Of a stretch of DNA of 64,000 bases, positions 11,135 through 23,835 are shown piece by piece. Made by a program: the position numbers and the translations under genes. This DNA comes from Haliotis rufescens (lineage: Eukaryota). The notes under the pieces are model-generated. The model did no database searches. It was not told the origin of the DNA and saw nothing but the letters and a program-made list of their open reading frames with translations. Each line of letters starts with the position of its first letter. Position 1 is the stretch's first letter. The stretch spans positions 45,756,001 through 45,820,000 of the forward strand of contig NW_025964001.1 in assembly GCF_023055435.1 (NCBI RefSeq), read 5' to 3'.

Positions 11135-13873
11135 CAATCAATCAATCAATCAATCAATGTTTTATTCCAACAAACCACCATAGGTGGTACAGGAACAATA
11201 CAAATGAAGTTATAACATAAACAATTAATTGTAGTGATCACTTGGTAAGTTGTAGATTATAGTGTTGTACTCATCTTCTGACAGCATTATTAATAATTCT
11301 TATAAATCTGGAGATATTTTTCACGATTAAGCAATTATTTGAGGTAAACAAAACCTTGAGCTTTGCGAGATTCGGCCATTTACAAAGATAAATTGGAATA
11401 TAATGTGATCTCATGGTATCAAAAAAGGAGCATTTAAATAAATAATGAAACTCGTCGGCTATCGCCGGTGAGCTACATAGGTTATAAATTTCTATTGATT
11501 CTGGGTATATTTTTCCAGCGGCCTGTCTCTACAGGTAAATAATGATTCGATGTCCGAAATGACATAATAGGTCGAGAGAAATAATCAGGTAACAGGAGGT
11601 ATTTTTCAAACGACGGTAAATCTTTGAACAATTTATAGTAATTACCTTTTGAACTTTTATCTATATCATCCCTCCATTGTTGTATAAAATGATCTTTAAG
11701 TACTGTTTCTACCATAGAGACAAGCCACTGTTTACAAACGCAACCAGGATTATCAAATACATATGTCAAGCCACAACTGTTTAAAATACTTTTTATGTGA
11801 GATATCCATACGTTACTATTACTAATATTGAGGGTGTGATCTAATTTGAACAGTTTAAGGATGCGTGATGACAACTTGAAAGGAGAAGATATGGTTTCTA
11901 AATTATACCAAAATGAGATCATTCTTTTAGCAATTGTAATGTTCACAGGAAAACGTCCAAGTTCACCGTAAACCATAAAGTTAGGAGTTGATGATCGCAA
12001 CCCAGTAGCAAACTTTAGAAATTTAAGGTGAAATTTTTCAATGTTTATAACATTTTCACAACCCCATATTTCACATCCATATAAGGCTATAGGTAGTATT
12101 AAGATATCAAACAATTGGATTACAGTATCAAGTGCTAGATTGAGGTTTCTTGATTTTTTCAGGAGTGCAAACATGGCCTTTTTGGAGCTAGACAGTAAAT
12201 CGTTTATTGCGGTATTAAATCTTCTATTGCGATGAAAGTTGATACCTAGATACGTATAATTATCTGCAATTTCAATTGGTTTAGAATCAAGTTGAAAAGA
12301 TAATTTAGATTTTTTACCCACGCCTCCTCCAAATATAATAATCTTAGTTTTGGCAATGTTAACATTGAGTTTCCACACATCGCAGTATTGTTTGAACACA
12401 TCAAGAGAATTTTGAAGATCTTTCTGGGATTCACCTAAAAGTATCGCATCATCTGCGTACAACAAAATAAAGAATTTAATACACATATACACATAATCAT
12501 CATGAACACAAGTGATGTCAACGCCCCTACAAACTTTGCTCTCAAGATATACATCTAAATCATTGAGAAAAATCGAAAATAATAATGGAGAGAGATTTTC
12601 TCCTTGTCGAACCCCGGAATAACTATAAAAGAAGTTTGAAATTTGGTTATCAACCATAACGCAAGATGTTATATTACTGTACATGTTTTTCACTAACTTG
12701 AAGAATCTCCCCTCTATATTGTATGATAACATCTTGTACCATAGGCCTACTCTCCAAATACCGTCGAACGCTTTTGTGAAATCAATAAAAGCACAAACAA
12801 GTTTTCGTTTTGATTTTTTGAAATACTGATTTAGCATATTTAAGATGAATATATTATCAAGTGTTGACATATTTTCTCGAAAGCCAGCCTGCGATGAGCT
12901 AAGAATTTCATTTGATTCTAAGTAACTATTTAATCTGGAATTCAAAAGACAAGTAAATAACTTTCCTAAACAGCTCAGAATGGTAATGGGCCTGTAAGAG
13001 TTCGGGTCAAGAGAGTCACCTTTTTTCTTATATATTGGGCGAATCACTCCCGTCAACCAAGAGTCAGGGATAACACCAGTGGATAAAATCAAATTAAAAA
13101 ACGAAACGTAAAAGTCACCCAGAATATCAATTGAATCAATCAAATAATCATTTTCAATTAAGTCAAGGCCTGAGGATTTATTACGCTTCAGTCGCGAGAT
13201 AGCTGAGCGTATTTCTTCTAAAGTAATATCTCTGTTGAGAGTCGAGTTATCATATGAACAGGGGTTGAGATCTTCTTCTATAACATCAATGTCGCCGAGG
13301 TATGAGGCATTAATCGATTTGAAAAAATTATGAAATACTTCTATGTTCGGTGTTAGTAAATTATTATCATTCACCTGTGAATTAAGTGTTTTCCAGAACT
13401 CTTTGGGCGAGTGTTTAAATTTATTACGTAACATTATATTTGTTTCATATTTATGATCCCTTATATGCTTATTTAAGCATTTCTTATACAACTTGCCATG
13501 ATGGCGATACATTGAATAATTTACTTGATTACGAACTTTTTTGAAACGACGTTTCGATTTACGGTAAAGCCGTCTAATGTCCCGACATTCCTTACTGAAC
13601 CAGGGCTTATTCGTCTTGACGCTCACGTGGTTTACAGGGAGATGTAGTTCGTTTGACTCCGAAGGTAGTCCGTGCGGCATCGACCAGCACGTGCGTTATG
13701 TCCTCAGCTAACCTATTGACCTCAGTATCAACATCAACATCAAAACTGTCATAACAAACAGCATCACTTCTATCTCGCAACTGTCTTATAACTTCTACAT
13801 CAATGTTATTTCGGAATACACTAGCCCTATCAATATTGTAGCGTCTAGGCCTGTTTCCGGTATTAGTTTTTGA
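11135..13873 (-). mobile_element. 5'-truncated non-LTR retrotransposon (RTEX-like; CR1/L2-group not excluded)
   Basis: RT ORF 11482-13680; 3' end AATAAAAC followed by (ATTG)n tail; no endonuclease domain present. Confidence 0.9.
11482..13680 (-). pseudogene. LINE ORF2 reverse transcriptase (732-aa open frame), frameshifted at both ends
   Basis: YRPITILSCLGKLF, QAGFR, AFIDFTKAFD, GVRQGENLSPLLF, LLYADD, YTYLG, YGELGRFP, FRTSNHYLPVETGRW; after a 1-nt frameshift continues NLCSSPAIADEFHYLFKC. Confidence 0.9.
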
Positions 13874-14805
13874 AGAAGTGCAATAATCTGCCGATGTGAC
13901 GTTTGACTCACTCACTCATACATGTTTGATCATTTGTAAACATGCAACGTTTTGTGAATATCAACCTCTTTTTAGTTTTGAACGTTTCTTGCCGTCAGGT
14001 GAATACTGAGCGAGCGTGTGTAGAATTTGTATATGCTGATGTGAGCTCACCAAAAATAATTATATACCCGCGTTACAATAAGGCCGCGGTGAAAACAGTG
14101 ATGACGGCGTGATAACCAAGCTGACTAGCGTAACCACCAAGCGGTTCATTTGGGGGTGATAATGATTGCATCTACACAACATTTATACACATGGAAATTA
14201 GTTAAGCAACACCCGTATTTTCTCAGACTGATCAACTTTAACGAAGTAGTGCATGAAATGTGTAAAAGATTTCAATACCAAATAAAGTATTTAGTGAAAA
14301 GAAAGAGTTGAGGAGGAACATAGCCAAGATTACCATGGAATAATGTGGGTTTTCTTTTTTTAGATGTAACAGATTTGGAAAATGGCTTAATTTCATCCAA
14401 ACAAATTACGAATGTCGCTTTTGTTGCACAGACTAAACTGTCAGTACCATGCACACTTCCGGTTTACGGAATTGAAGAACAATGTCCTGCAATTACAAAT
14501 ATTGACTTTCCATCAGTATCTTGTTTCAAATCTCTGGATTTGATTCTGAGGAATTCTATCCCCTTCTGTCCCATTTAAGGCCGTCGCGTTCGACAAAGAG
14601 ACCCACCTGCCCATACGCTCAATGAATTGACTGCATACTTTGCATGGGAAATGGGACAGAATATTTCTTTCTTCTTCACGTACCTGGAAGCAGGGCCTAC
14701 CTGTTTTGAAGGTGTATTGTATTAGGCATGTATTGTCCTTAACAATAAGTGATGACATTAAACCGGAAGTGCCTATGTCTTTAGGGACTTGTCATTTATT
14801 ATTGC

Positions 14806-14904
14806 ACCCGTGAAGATCCGGGTTAGAACAGGTATTCAGCAACCCATTATTGCCGTATTCGGCGACTATGCTAGTCGTAAGAGGCGACTAACGGGATCGG
14901 GTGA
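14806..14904 (+). mobile_element. Family A SINE 5' portion
   Basis: CACCCGTGAAGATCCGGGTTAGAACAGGTATTCAGCAACCC...GTCGTAAGAGGCGACTAACGGGATCGGGTG. Confidence 0.8.
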
Positions 14905-15101
14905 ACCACTCGATCCATTTGGTCGCGTCTTACGAACAGCGTAAATTGCTGGGGACCTTTTCCAACCAGGAATCCCCACGGGGTTTTCTTCTAGAGTCAT
15001 GTTAAACATATTGTGCTGTACTTGCACTGTGAACACAAACATCTGCAACTGACATATTGAAGAAATAACGTTTTTAATAGATAGGAACAGGTACTAGTTA
15101 A

Positions 15102-15349
15102 GACCCGTGAAGATACGGGTTTGAATAGGTCTTCAGCAACCCATGCTTGCCTTCAGAGGCGACCACGCTTGTCATAAGCGGCGACTAACGGGATTTGGTG
15201 GTCAGGCACGCTGACTTGCTTGATTCATGTCATCGTAACCAAATTGCGTAGATCGATGCCCATGATGTCAATCACTGGCTTGTCTGGTCCAGATTCGATT
15301 ATTTACAGACCGCCGTCATACAGCTGAAACAATGCCGAGTGCGGCGTTA
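15102..15349 (+). mobile_element. Family A SINE, tail interrupted by a DNA transposon
   Basis: GACCCGTGAAGATACGGG ... GAGTGCGGCGTTA. Confidence 0.85.
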
Positions 15350-16410
15350 CAGTCCGATGAATTGCATCGGGAATAGTCTATTAAATGCTAATACTGTACA
15401 CGGCAATGAATACCCTGTACCCAACAAAATCTGCTGTTCGTTATTTTTATCCCCATCACTAACGTTGTGTTCAATCGTCCAACGTTGTATCTGACGATAC
15501 CCCATATCAACACTCTCAGATCACAGTGGAAAGGGTGATGTCCAAGCCGGCGTGACCTTGACCTTTGTGTAATTGTCAACCATCTCAATTCAATCATTAC
15601 ATAGAGTTGTGGTTTTGCAGCCCTCGAAGGAAAGGTCATGTCCATCCGTTGCAGCCACGTCACACTATATCCTTTAAGGGTATTATTGCTGTGTCACAGG
15701 CATTTACCACGTCTCGTCTAGGAAAACAGGCTTATATCCTTCTTCACGTTTCTGCTTGATGGTTCGAAGATAATGATTTCGGAGACAAAGGACGTCAGAT
15801 CGTTCACATAACACAACCCTTTTGTCCCCGCTGATCTTTTTGTATCAGTATATCCACATCTATGAAAAAGTTACCATAGATTGTATTTAATAACAATTAA
15901 AACATGTTCAGTTCCAAGGTATTTCTTCAAGAGTCTTAGTGAAGTTGCACATCTGCTTTTTTTCTGAAAACCGTCTAATATATCAACCCTACATGGTTTT
16001 GAAATGTTCCCCACCTGCTTCTGATTGCTGGAGTCTCGACGACGGACATTTTTCAGCTTGTTAGGAGACACACCAAGAGCTTTAGAAGCTCGTTTCAAGT
16101 ATTTATTAATGGCATGAAATGGTTTTCCTCTTTCTGCTTCTCATTGAAAGAAATCATACACCTTAAAAATCAACTGGTTCACATCGGCTGAGTAGTGCAT
16201 CTTCGTATACCACGTAACACGTACAGTACGTGTCTGCACTGTTCCTCCTACCTTTGTGCCCGTTCAAGATGTCAACTTGTACATATAAAAACCTGATATT
16301 GTTGGGTTGAGGCGTATTCATTGCCGTGTACCGTATTGGCATTTAATAGACTATTCCCGATTTTGAGTTATTTTGCAATTCGTCGTTGCCATTTGGAGCC
16401 TAACGGACTG
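15350..16410 (-). mobile_element. Decayed IS630-Tc1-mariner DNA transposon (DDE_3-type remnant)
   Basis: TA TSD (15348-15349, 16411-16412), termini CAGTCCG/CGGACTG, subterminal IR TCGGGAATAGTCTATTAAATGC / GCATTTAATAGACTATTCCCGA; minus-strand remnants RASKALGVS, WLQRMDMTFPSRAAKPQLY, PFHCDL..LIWGIVRYNV. Confidence 0.75.
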
Positions 16411-17093
16411 TAATATTAACCCTTGTTTGCATCGCCAAAGGGAGGGACAAGGGACTTCTCCACCATATCCAGTCAACTTAGGTCAATAATTAAACAATGT
16501 CTTGAAACATCTTGTACACATCATCAAAATCAAGAGTTGTTAATTGGTATCGTACCCTTGTCGTGAGAGCCGGCTGAAGGGGATCGGTTGGATGACTCGG
16601 TGACTTAGTCTGGTCCATACCAAATGTTTGCAGGCCGCTGTGATGTAACTGGACTACCGTTTACCTCGTATCATACCACATTTAAGTGCACCGATAATCG
16701 TTTAAACCCAGATCCATACCTGACTATCTTTATTCAACATGTTTAGAGCTGTGGTAGTTTGAACACGGATTTCCAACAAGTCAAACTATGAACAAGAACA
16801 ATGTGTCACCGTATATGCTATGTATACAGTTTACTGTTTGACTACGTTTTAGATTTAACTACAAGTTGTGATGTGTTCCGTGTAGTCCTTCTCCAAGGCC
16901 CTAGAGAATATATTAAAGAAGTCCTACGCAAGTCAAGAATGATTGGGCAAGTCTAGATTGCCTCAGCTCTAGGAATAATTAAAAATTGTTCTGGGCTCCC
17001 TTTGCATTATATTTTTCATAGCGTGTGAGTGTATGTAAAAATAAGATAACTTTATTTCTGGGACTAAATGACAGTCTATGTTCCATGTTGCAG

Positions 17094-17288
17094 GTGTGCG
17101 AGCTGCACGTGTCCGGCTACCAGTTCGCTGTACTCAACAATGCATTCCTGGCCCACAGAGGCTTCAAGAGGAGGGGGGATTTCCACGCCACCAAGAACCA
17201 GGAACTTACCAAGAACAAAATTCTGTTTACAAAGTTTAAGGATGAACTGAAAGTCAAGTACCCAAACTCCACCGGAACATGTTTGTGA
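17094..17288 (+). CDS. B4GAT1: Terminal coding exon of beta-1,4-glucuronyltransferase 1 (GT49 family)
   Basis: Acceptor TGTTGCAG| then VCELHVSGYQFAVLNNAFLAHRGFK..FHATKNQELTKNKILFTKFKDELKVKYPNSTGTCL*, closely matching the B4GAT1 C-terminus ([55 protein letters not shown]); upstream exon not found in window. Confidence 0.9.
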   Translation: MCELHVSGYQFAVLNNAFLAHRGFKRRGDFHATKNQELTKNKILFTKFKDELKVKYPNSTGTCL

Positions 17289-19180
17289 TGTGGCGGTTGT
17301 CGATTTACCTTTCCATGTCACGGAGGGTAAAGCGGTGGTGTCTACAAACAGTTCATGGTCCACAACTACCTGAGGTGGGTGGGTGCTTCGTGGTAGAGCG
17401 AAGGTCTGCTTGGTAACAGAGTAGCAGAGGGGTTATATGACCAAAGGATGATATCCGTGCAATATCTGTTTACACGTTCATGTATTACAAATGACATAGT
17501 TAATGAAACAGATGTATGTTTGGAAAATGGTATGGAGGCACTTGTTCGACGCCTGTAATGTTTTCTTTCAGGAATCATTGCCACAACTCGTCATGTTATT
17601 TTTTATAATATACCAAATGTCCGTAAGGTGATGTGGCAAGATATGCATAGATAGTTAATTGATGGGGTACTGTAAGGCGGGTCATGAGCATACATGACAG
17701 CTAACAGCTTTAACAAGCACAAGAACACATTGTATTTTGGTATTATAATGGTTACGTGTAGTCAAGTGATAACTGAATGGTTCGGCCAATATCAAGTCGT
17801 AACCACACAATATGAAATGTACTTCATTTTGCCATTGAAACAAATCGGGAAACATGGAATATGTGTAATGTTTGTTGTGATGACGAACTGTGAGACATTT
17901 GGTTGTTTATGTGCCCAGTTTCTGTACGTTGGTATCCAGAAGATGCGGGGGACTTTGGGCTTGTCATACAGGACAATTTGTGAAAGAGGTGCCTTTAACT
18001 ACTTGAATGATTTCAATTTTCTTTTATTCCCATGTAACGTCGATAGCTATATATTGATACCATGTAACTGCAGGAATGGGAAACTATATTAAATGGCATA
18101 CAATGCTTGAACGAACTGGACAGGGTTTCAGCAGGATACGAGTCTGAAGTGACTGGTTGGTGTCCCAGAGTTCGGGCTACGCAGAACATGGCAGTCCAGA
18201 TACCATGGACGACGTCGATGTGACTAACATTCCTGTAACCTGACTATATGGCATGTCAGGATTGCTACTGAGCGCACGTTTCGGCTTTCTGTACAAGGAA
18301 GACCATTGAAACAGTTTTAAACTGGGAGTTACACGGGGGAGTTTGTAAGTTGTGTCGTCTTCATTTGAATTATTTAAGCCTGGGGTAAGTATATTCTACT
18401 CTAGGAATTCCTGTTGAGCAGATATGATTTTGTATACATTTTGCCTTCAATCCATGTGGTGTATAACTAGTGTATTTTCTGCATAAACGAATCACAATAA
18501 TGGTATGTTATGTTCTTTCTGTTGGTGTGTCAGAAGTAAAGTGGACGATCTGGTTCGGTATACAGTAACACATATGAAGCTCTAGTCCTCGCCACTTGAA
18601 ATAGAATAACAAAATATCGCGATGGTTAATTAACGAAGATTGCTGCATGTGTCCTAATACTTATAGAGTGAAAACAAACCATTCCGACGATAAGGAATAT
18701 TATTTACAGTAATGGCACACAATTTCATAGAGTTTTTGTCACGAAATATCCATTTTGTCAGCGATAAACACTATCTTTGAGTTTTGATAACGTGGTTACA
18801 ATCCAGGTAAGCTTCGGCAGTCAGGTGGCATTATTTGTGCAGCGAACGTACACTACCAAAACGAACTGAAAGAAAAACATGTGCAGATGTAGGATGTAAA
18901 GCGCTATTGACCATGTTCACTGCTACGTATAACCGCTCGCAGTCACCCATTGCCGATTGCAGTACCCGAGTGCGGCACACTCTATGCAAGACACAGAGAC
19001 TGGTTACATTACATCTGATAAACCGTCGGCAAAAGGAACCGTGCCGATTTACACACTGTCAATAACATCAGGTTGCGAATTTGAAAATAATACAGATACT
19101 GAATCGGCATTCTACCTTGAAAACTGAATAAAACAGATCACCTTACATTTGATCATCTTACTTTCAAGTCATAAAACGTA

Positions 19181-20631
19181 TACTGAACAACAAAAGTTCC
19201 TGTGACATTGAATAAGATTTCATGCAAAGTTATGGGTTTTTAACCAAATCTGAAACAATTTCGGTTTGCAACAGATAAGAGACTCCTGTAAGTGTTCAAA
19301 TGGTTTTATTTGCCATACTGACTTCAGAAAATGCGTGATTTCATTAAAAAACATGACCATGCCAAAATGTCAATTTACAAATCAATAGCGTGTGTGTCCA
19401 CTTCTGGTTGCGATGCAAGCAACACATCTTCGTCTCATGGAATGGACCAGGCGTCGCACAAAGACCTGTGGGATATCTATCCATATCTGCTGGAGCATGT
19501 TTCGAAGTCCTGGAGTGTCTGTGGAACACGTGGTTGACGTCGAAGGCGCCGATCCATCTCATCCCACATGTGCTTGATGGGTGAGATCAGGGGAGCGAGC
19601 CGACCAGGGGATGACATTCACGTTGTTTTGTTGAAGAGAATACTGAACAAGTCGAGCAATGTGAGGCCAGGCGTTGTCATGTTGCCATGACGACGCAAAA
19701 AACGGTAGAACAACAAAGCCGATGATTTCGTCGCGGTAGCGCTGTCCATTGAGATTTCCCTCTTCCACTATCAAACGTGTCCTCTGTCTTACTGTAATCC
19801 CACCCCATACCATAACGCTGCCGACCCCGAACTGATCTTCTTCCATGACACAATGATTTACGTAACTTTCACCTCGACGTCGGTACACTCGAATCCGTCC
19901 ATCGCTGTGGCTGAGGCCGTCAAGCGTAGACGCTGTCTACACCACTGTAGACGTGCCTGACGGTGGTTTCCTGTCAAAATGGGACGTCTGGCGGGTCTTC
20001 TGGCGACAATCACTGCACATCTGAGGCGACGACGTACGGTTTGTGAAGATATTCGTCGAAGGCCAGGGATGCTTCTTGCAGTCACCGTTGCTGGCTGGAA
20101 TCGATTTCGTAGGTGTGTTGTTCGAATCCAGTTGTCTTGTCGTTTATTGGTTACACGTGGCCTGCCACTCCGAGGATGGTCTCTGACTGCATTCGTCTGT
20201 TACCAACTTTACCATAAACACCAAATGGTGTTTCTGTGGGCGTTAAATTCTCTTGCAACATCACGTTGACTCGATCCTGCTTCAAGCATACCAATGGCTC
20301 GCAGACGCTCATTTTCGGACAGGTGTGGCATTTCGTAATGTTGAATAATTGCGCATATTGTTGTTTTTCTGAGTGGTTGTTGTCAGCACAATGCTAAACA
20401 TTGCATATGGAATCCCGTTAACGTATAACATGTTTTTATACCCATTCTTGGGTAGGGAAATGCTTGGGGCTTGCATAAAAGTCAACTTTTGCATGGAATG
20501 CATGCTTTTCTGTAGCGGTTGCGTTTTTGCGACTTGATTCCATACATGTACTGCAATACTGAAAACCAAACTTTACTTGTTTGAAAAATACACTAAAATA
20601 TTGGTGTCACAGGAACTTTTGTTGTTGAGCA
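19181..20631 (-). mobile_element. Tc1-like DNA transposon, defective (copy A)
   Basis: TIR TACTGAACAACAAAAGTTCCTGTGACA / TGTCACAGGAACTTTTGTTGTTGAGCA, TA TSD; fragmented transposase (VMVWGGIT, HDNAWPH, WSARSPDL). Confidence 0.95.
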
Positions 20632-22294
20632 TAGATCTCCTTCCCTGGTATCAGAACATGGTGTGTCCCCTTCCACGAGTCCAATAGAAGTACTTCCAAG
20701 AAACGCATTTACAAATATGAAAATTCTGCTTTGGTCACTTTTAGAAATATGGAAGTTCTATGTTTTCTAACTGCTTTTGTTTATGAATTCGACCTACCAG
20801 GGCCAAGTCAGGTTAAGTTTTAACTGTATACATCTATTTTATTTGCGCGATTAGTACAATAACTACTTACAACCTACAAACATCTAACGAAAGAAACTCC
20901 TTACTTTTTAAATATTACTTGAATCCATTATGATCTCCGACGTCTGCAAACACATTATGAACAGAGCAAGCCTTCTGACACAAGCAAATGCCTCTACATC
21001 TTTCTATAAACGGATGACAAAATAGGCTGTACTGTAAGAGTAATATTGAAGGCATGTACAGCAACTAAAGCTGTCCATGGCGTTTGGTGTTCTTACACTA
21101 GCTGTTTACTCCAGGTCTAAGTAAAATTACCATATGGAAATCTATAGGAAGTCTCTGAAAGAAGGGATTTTAAAATCAAGCAAAAGCAAAAAGGTGACCG
21201 TTTCCATTCGTAAAGCCGAATCGTTTTTCAGCTATTTAGCTTATTTATCCGAATTTCAATAAGGTAAATGAATTAAGAAATTCAATTCCTGTTAAACATG
21301 AGAGCCTCTTCGATTCCTCCATTGCGTTGACATTTAGAATTGACTTAGCTTTGTAATGTCAGCCAACATAAATTCGGAATTGCGTGTGGCATGCAAACAA
21401 ATTGATCACCAAATCGTGATGCGTTAACACAGACCAAATCAAACGGTGTCTTTGTCAGGTGCTTTTGTGGGCAGAGTGACAGCTGGTTGCTCGTGCAGCA
21501 CGAGCTTGTAATCGCTGTCACATTTACCACGGACTTCACGAGGCTGATCAGACTTGCGTGTCTTGTATGTGGACATGCGACTCCAAGAGGGTTCCAGCTC
21601 AAGGCGAAGGTAATATTCTCGTAAATACATGCTGCAGCATCGATGTTCACCAAAACAGCGTCATCACGTCGAGGTTTTTTTGACGATTATCCAGTCACAC
21701 AAACTAACTATCTATTCTGAAACTGAATAAGTCTTGTTCATCATTTTGCTACTACAGTTACAAGCCTGCGTTTCATCAACTAAATACACCTTCCTAGATT
21801 GTATGAATATATTTTCTGTAAAAAAGAAAAGAAACGCAAAAGTAGTCAAATCATAATATCTGACAGTGTTGCCGACATCCATACAAAATTAATACCCGAA
21901 ATGAATTGATCAATTCTGCATGGATTGGGATTGATTTGTGTGGAAAGAATAAGGTCCTGAAAATTTTTTGGTGAAAACATGGAAACATCTCGAAAGCAAC
22001 TACGCGAGAGCCTGGCGCCACACCAACATGACATGCACGTGCAAAAAAAAACACTTGTTGGGCAATACACACGTTGGGTTTCCATGTGCATGCCATCACA
22101 ATCTTACAGCAAATGAACAAAACATCATGCCAGGACGGATGGAAGCCCAACGCAACAACGCCATCGGCCGAGCGCAAATACGAGCATCGTCGGCTGCAAC
22201 GTTCCTTGTGCCAAGAGTATGGAGACAGGTTTCGCCGTGCGGTAATATTGTTATGCCCAAATTTGTTATTAAATATAGCTTTGTATTCTTGACT

Positions 22295-22379
22295 AAATTA
22301 TGTACATGTCAACTTGTTTTCGTCGCTATGTGGCTGAAATAATGCCGATGCGACGTTAAACTTTAACTCACTCACACTC
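22295..22379 (+). mobile_element. 3' tail fragment of the I/Nimb-type LINE
   Basis: CGCTATGTGGCTGAAATAATGCCGATGCGACGTTAAACTTTAACTCACTC matches 5955-6006. Confidence 0.65.
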
Positions 22380-23835
22380 CGTGCGGATGGTTGACGTCAT
22401 GTTTACAGGCGATGCACAAAACTGCATATAGATAGGGACAGAATTGGTGGTGGTATTGTGATGTAGGCAGTCTTTTCCTACACTGGTAGAACAGACTGGT
22501 TCAAGTTCTGGGGAATTTAACTTCACAATGTTACACGGATGAGATTTTCGGTCACACGGCATTTCCATTATGCAAGAAGCGAACGTCAACGCCGGACCTC
22601 ACACGGCAACACTCACAACAGCCTTTAAATGTGTCAGGAATTACACCATCCAGGTCCTGCCAATCTACTGTTCCATGCGCGCCATATGGAACCTGGCTCA
22701 ATGACATTGTGTGCCAATTTGTAACAATCGATTACCACATGTTGAAATGTACATCTAAATTCACATTTGCGTTGTTGTTTTTGGCAGAGTATATATATGA
22801 AGTCTACATCCTGGTGAAACGTGCTTCTCGAATATCGCGAACGTTCATGTGGTACAATAGACAAATATAATGTTTTGATATCTGAGTCAAGTACAGAGTA
22901 CATGTACTTTAAAATGATACTTTTGGGACCATATATCAAAATCTGACGTGTAGGAAAAGAACCAGTTATGTTCGTATTGGGTACAGTGAGGCTCGACGCC
23001 TTGCGTCCGTTACAGTACTGGACTGCGAAGCTTGCTCTGGTCTTGTATCACTTTGCCAAGGACAGCTTACCGTGTCAGCAATAATCTGTCGGTGTTCCTC
23101 GCCATAAGAGTTCCACTGTGAATCAACGTTGAGAATTATTTGTGAAAATATGACCATTTAAAAAGGTTATTTCTCTTTGATCCTCCTTTTATGGAGAATA
23201 TATGAAGACCTGGGCGAATTGCGTGTGCATATAGGCTAACATGTGCTCTCTGTTACTGAATTACAATCTTGTACAAATGTCATCTCTCGAATTGATTCAA
23301 CATCGTCTCCATACAAAGAAATTGTGATTTCCAAGGCAACCAAATTTAAGAAAAGCAATGTTGGGCCACTGATGTTCATTTTACCAAGATAAGTGATTAC
23401 CTTTGGCATGTGCGAGAATACAAAACATAGTAGCCTTATTTGTACCATTCCTTAGCCGGAGAAGCAGCAGTTAACTCGTCTCTACTCTTTCTTAAATCTA
23501 CCATTTATCATACATTCTTCAATACTGCTTTGCTTTTCTACAATCCTAATTTCAATTGTGAATAATTCATTTAAATCAATCTGAAGGCAAAGATAACAAA
23601 TCCAAATATATACTCAACAACAAAAGTTCCTGTGACACCAATATTTTAGTGTATTTTTCAAACAAGTAAAGTTTGGTTTTCAATATTGTAGTACATGTAT
23701 GGAATCAAGTCACAAAAACGCAACCGCCACAGAAAAGCATACATTCCATGCAAAAAATGACTTTTATGCAAGCCCCATGCATTTCACTACCCCAGAATGG
23801 GTATAAAAACATTCGCGTTAACGGGATTCCATATA

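Larger units (their letters stand above)
10822..13915 (+). mobile_element. tRNA-derived SINE (family M, Meta-like core) interrupted in its tail by a LINE
   Basis: Head and body 10822-11134 (GTTCGATC B box, CCAAAAGACGTTTAAAGATGG..CCTGGCGCTCGGCATTAAGGG, GCTAGCACTATAAA); tail resumes about 13874 (GCAATAATCTGCCGATGTGACGTT..ACTCACTC); TSD TCATACATG at 10813-10821 and 13916-13924. Confidence 0.85.

Noticed and set aside
14451-14773. 13-bp inverted repeat CACTTCCGGTTTA / TAAACCGGAAGTG
   Set aside because: No clear termini or TSD; may be an old MITE but cannot be delimited
21225-21290. YLAYLSEF..NKVNEL resemblance to a hAT transposase motif in the spacer between Tc1 A and B
   Set aside because: Too short, needs a frameshift, and no other hAT motifs nearby
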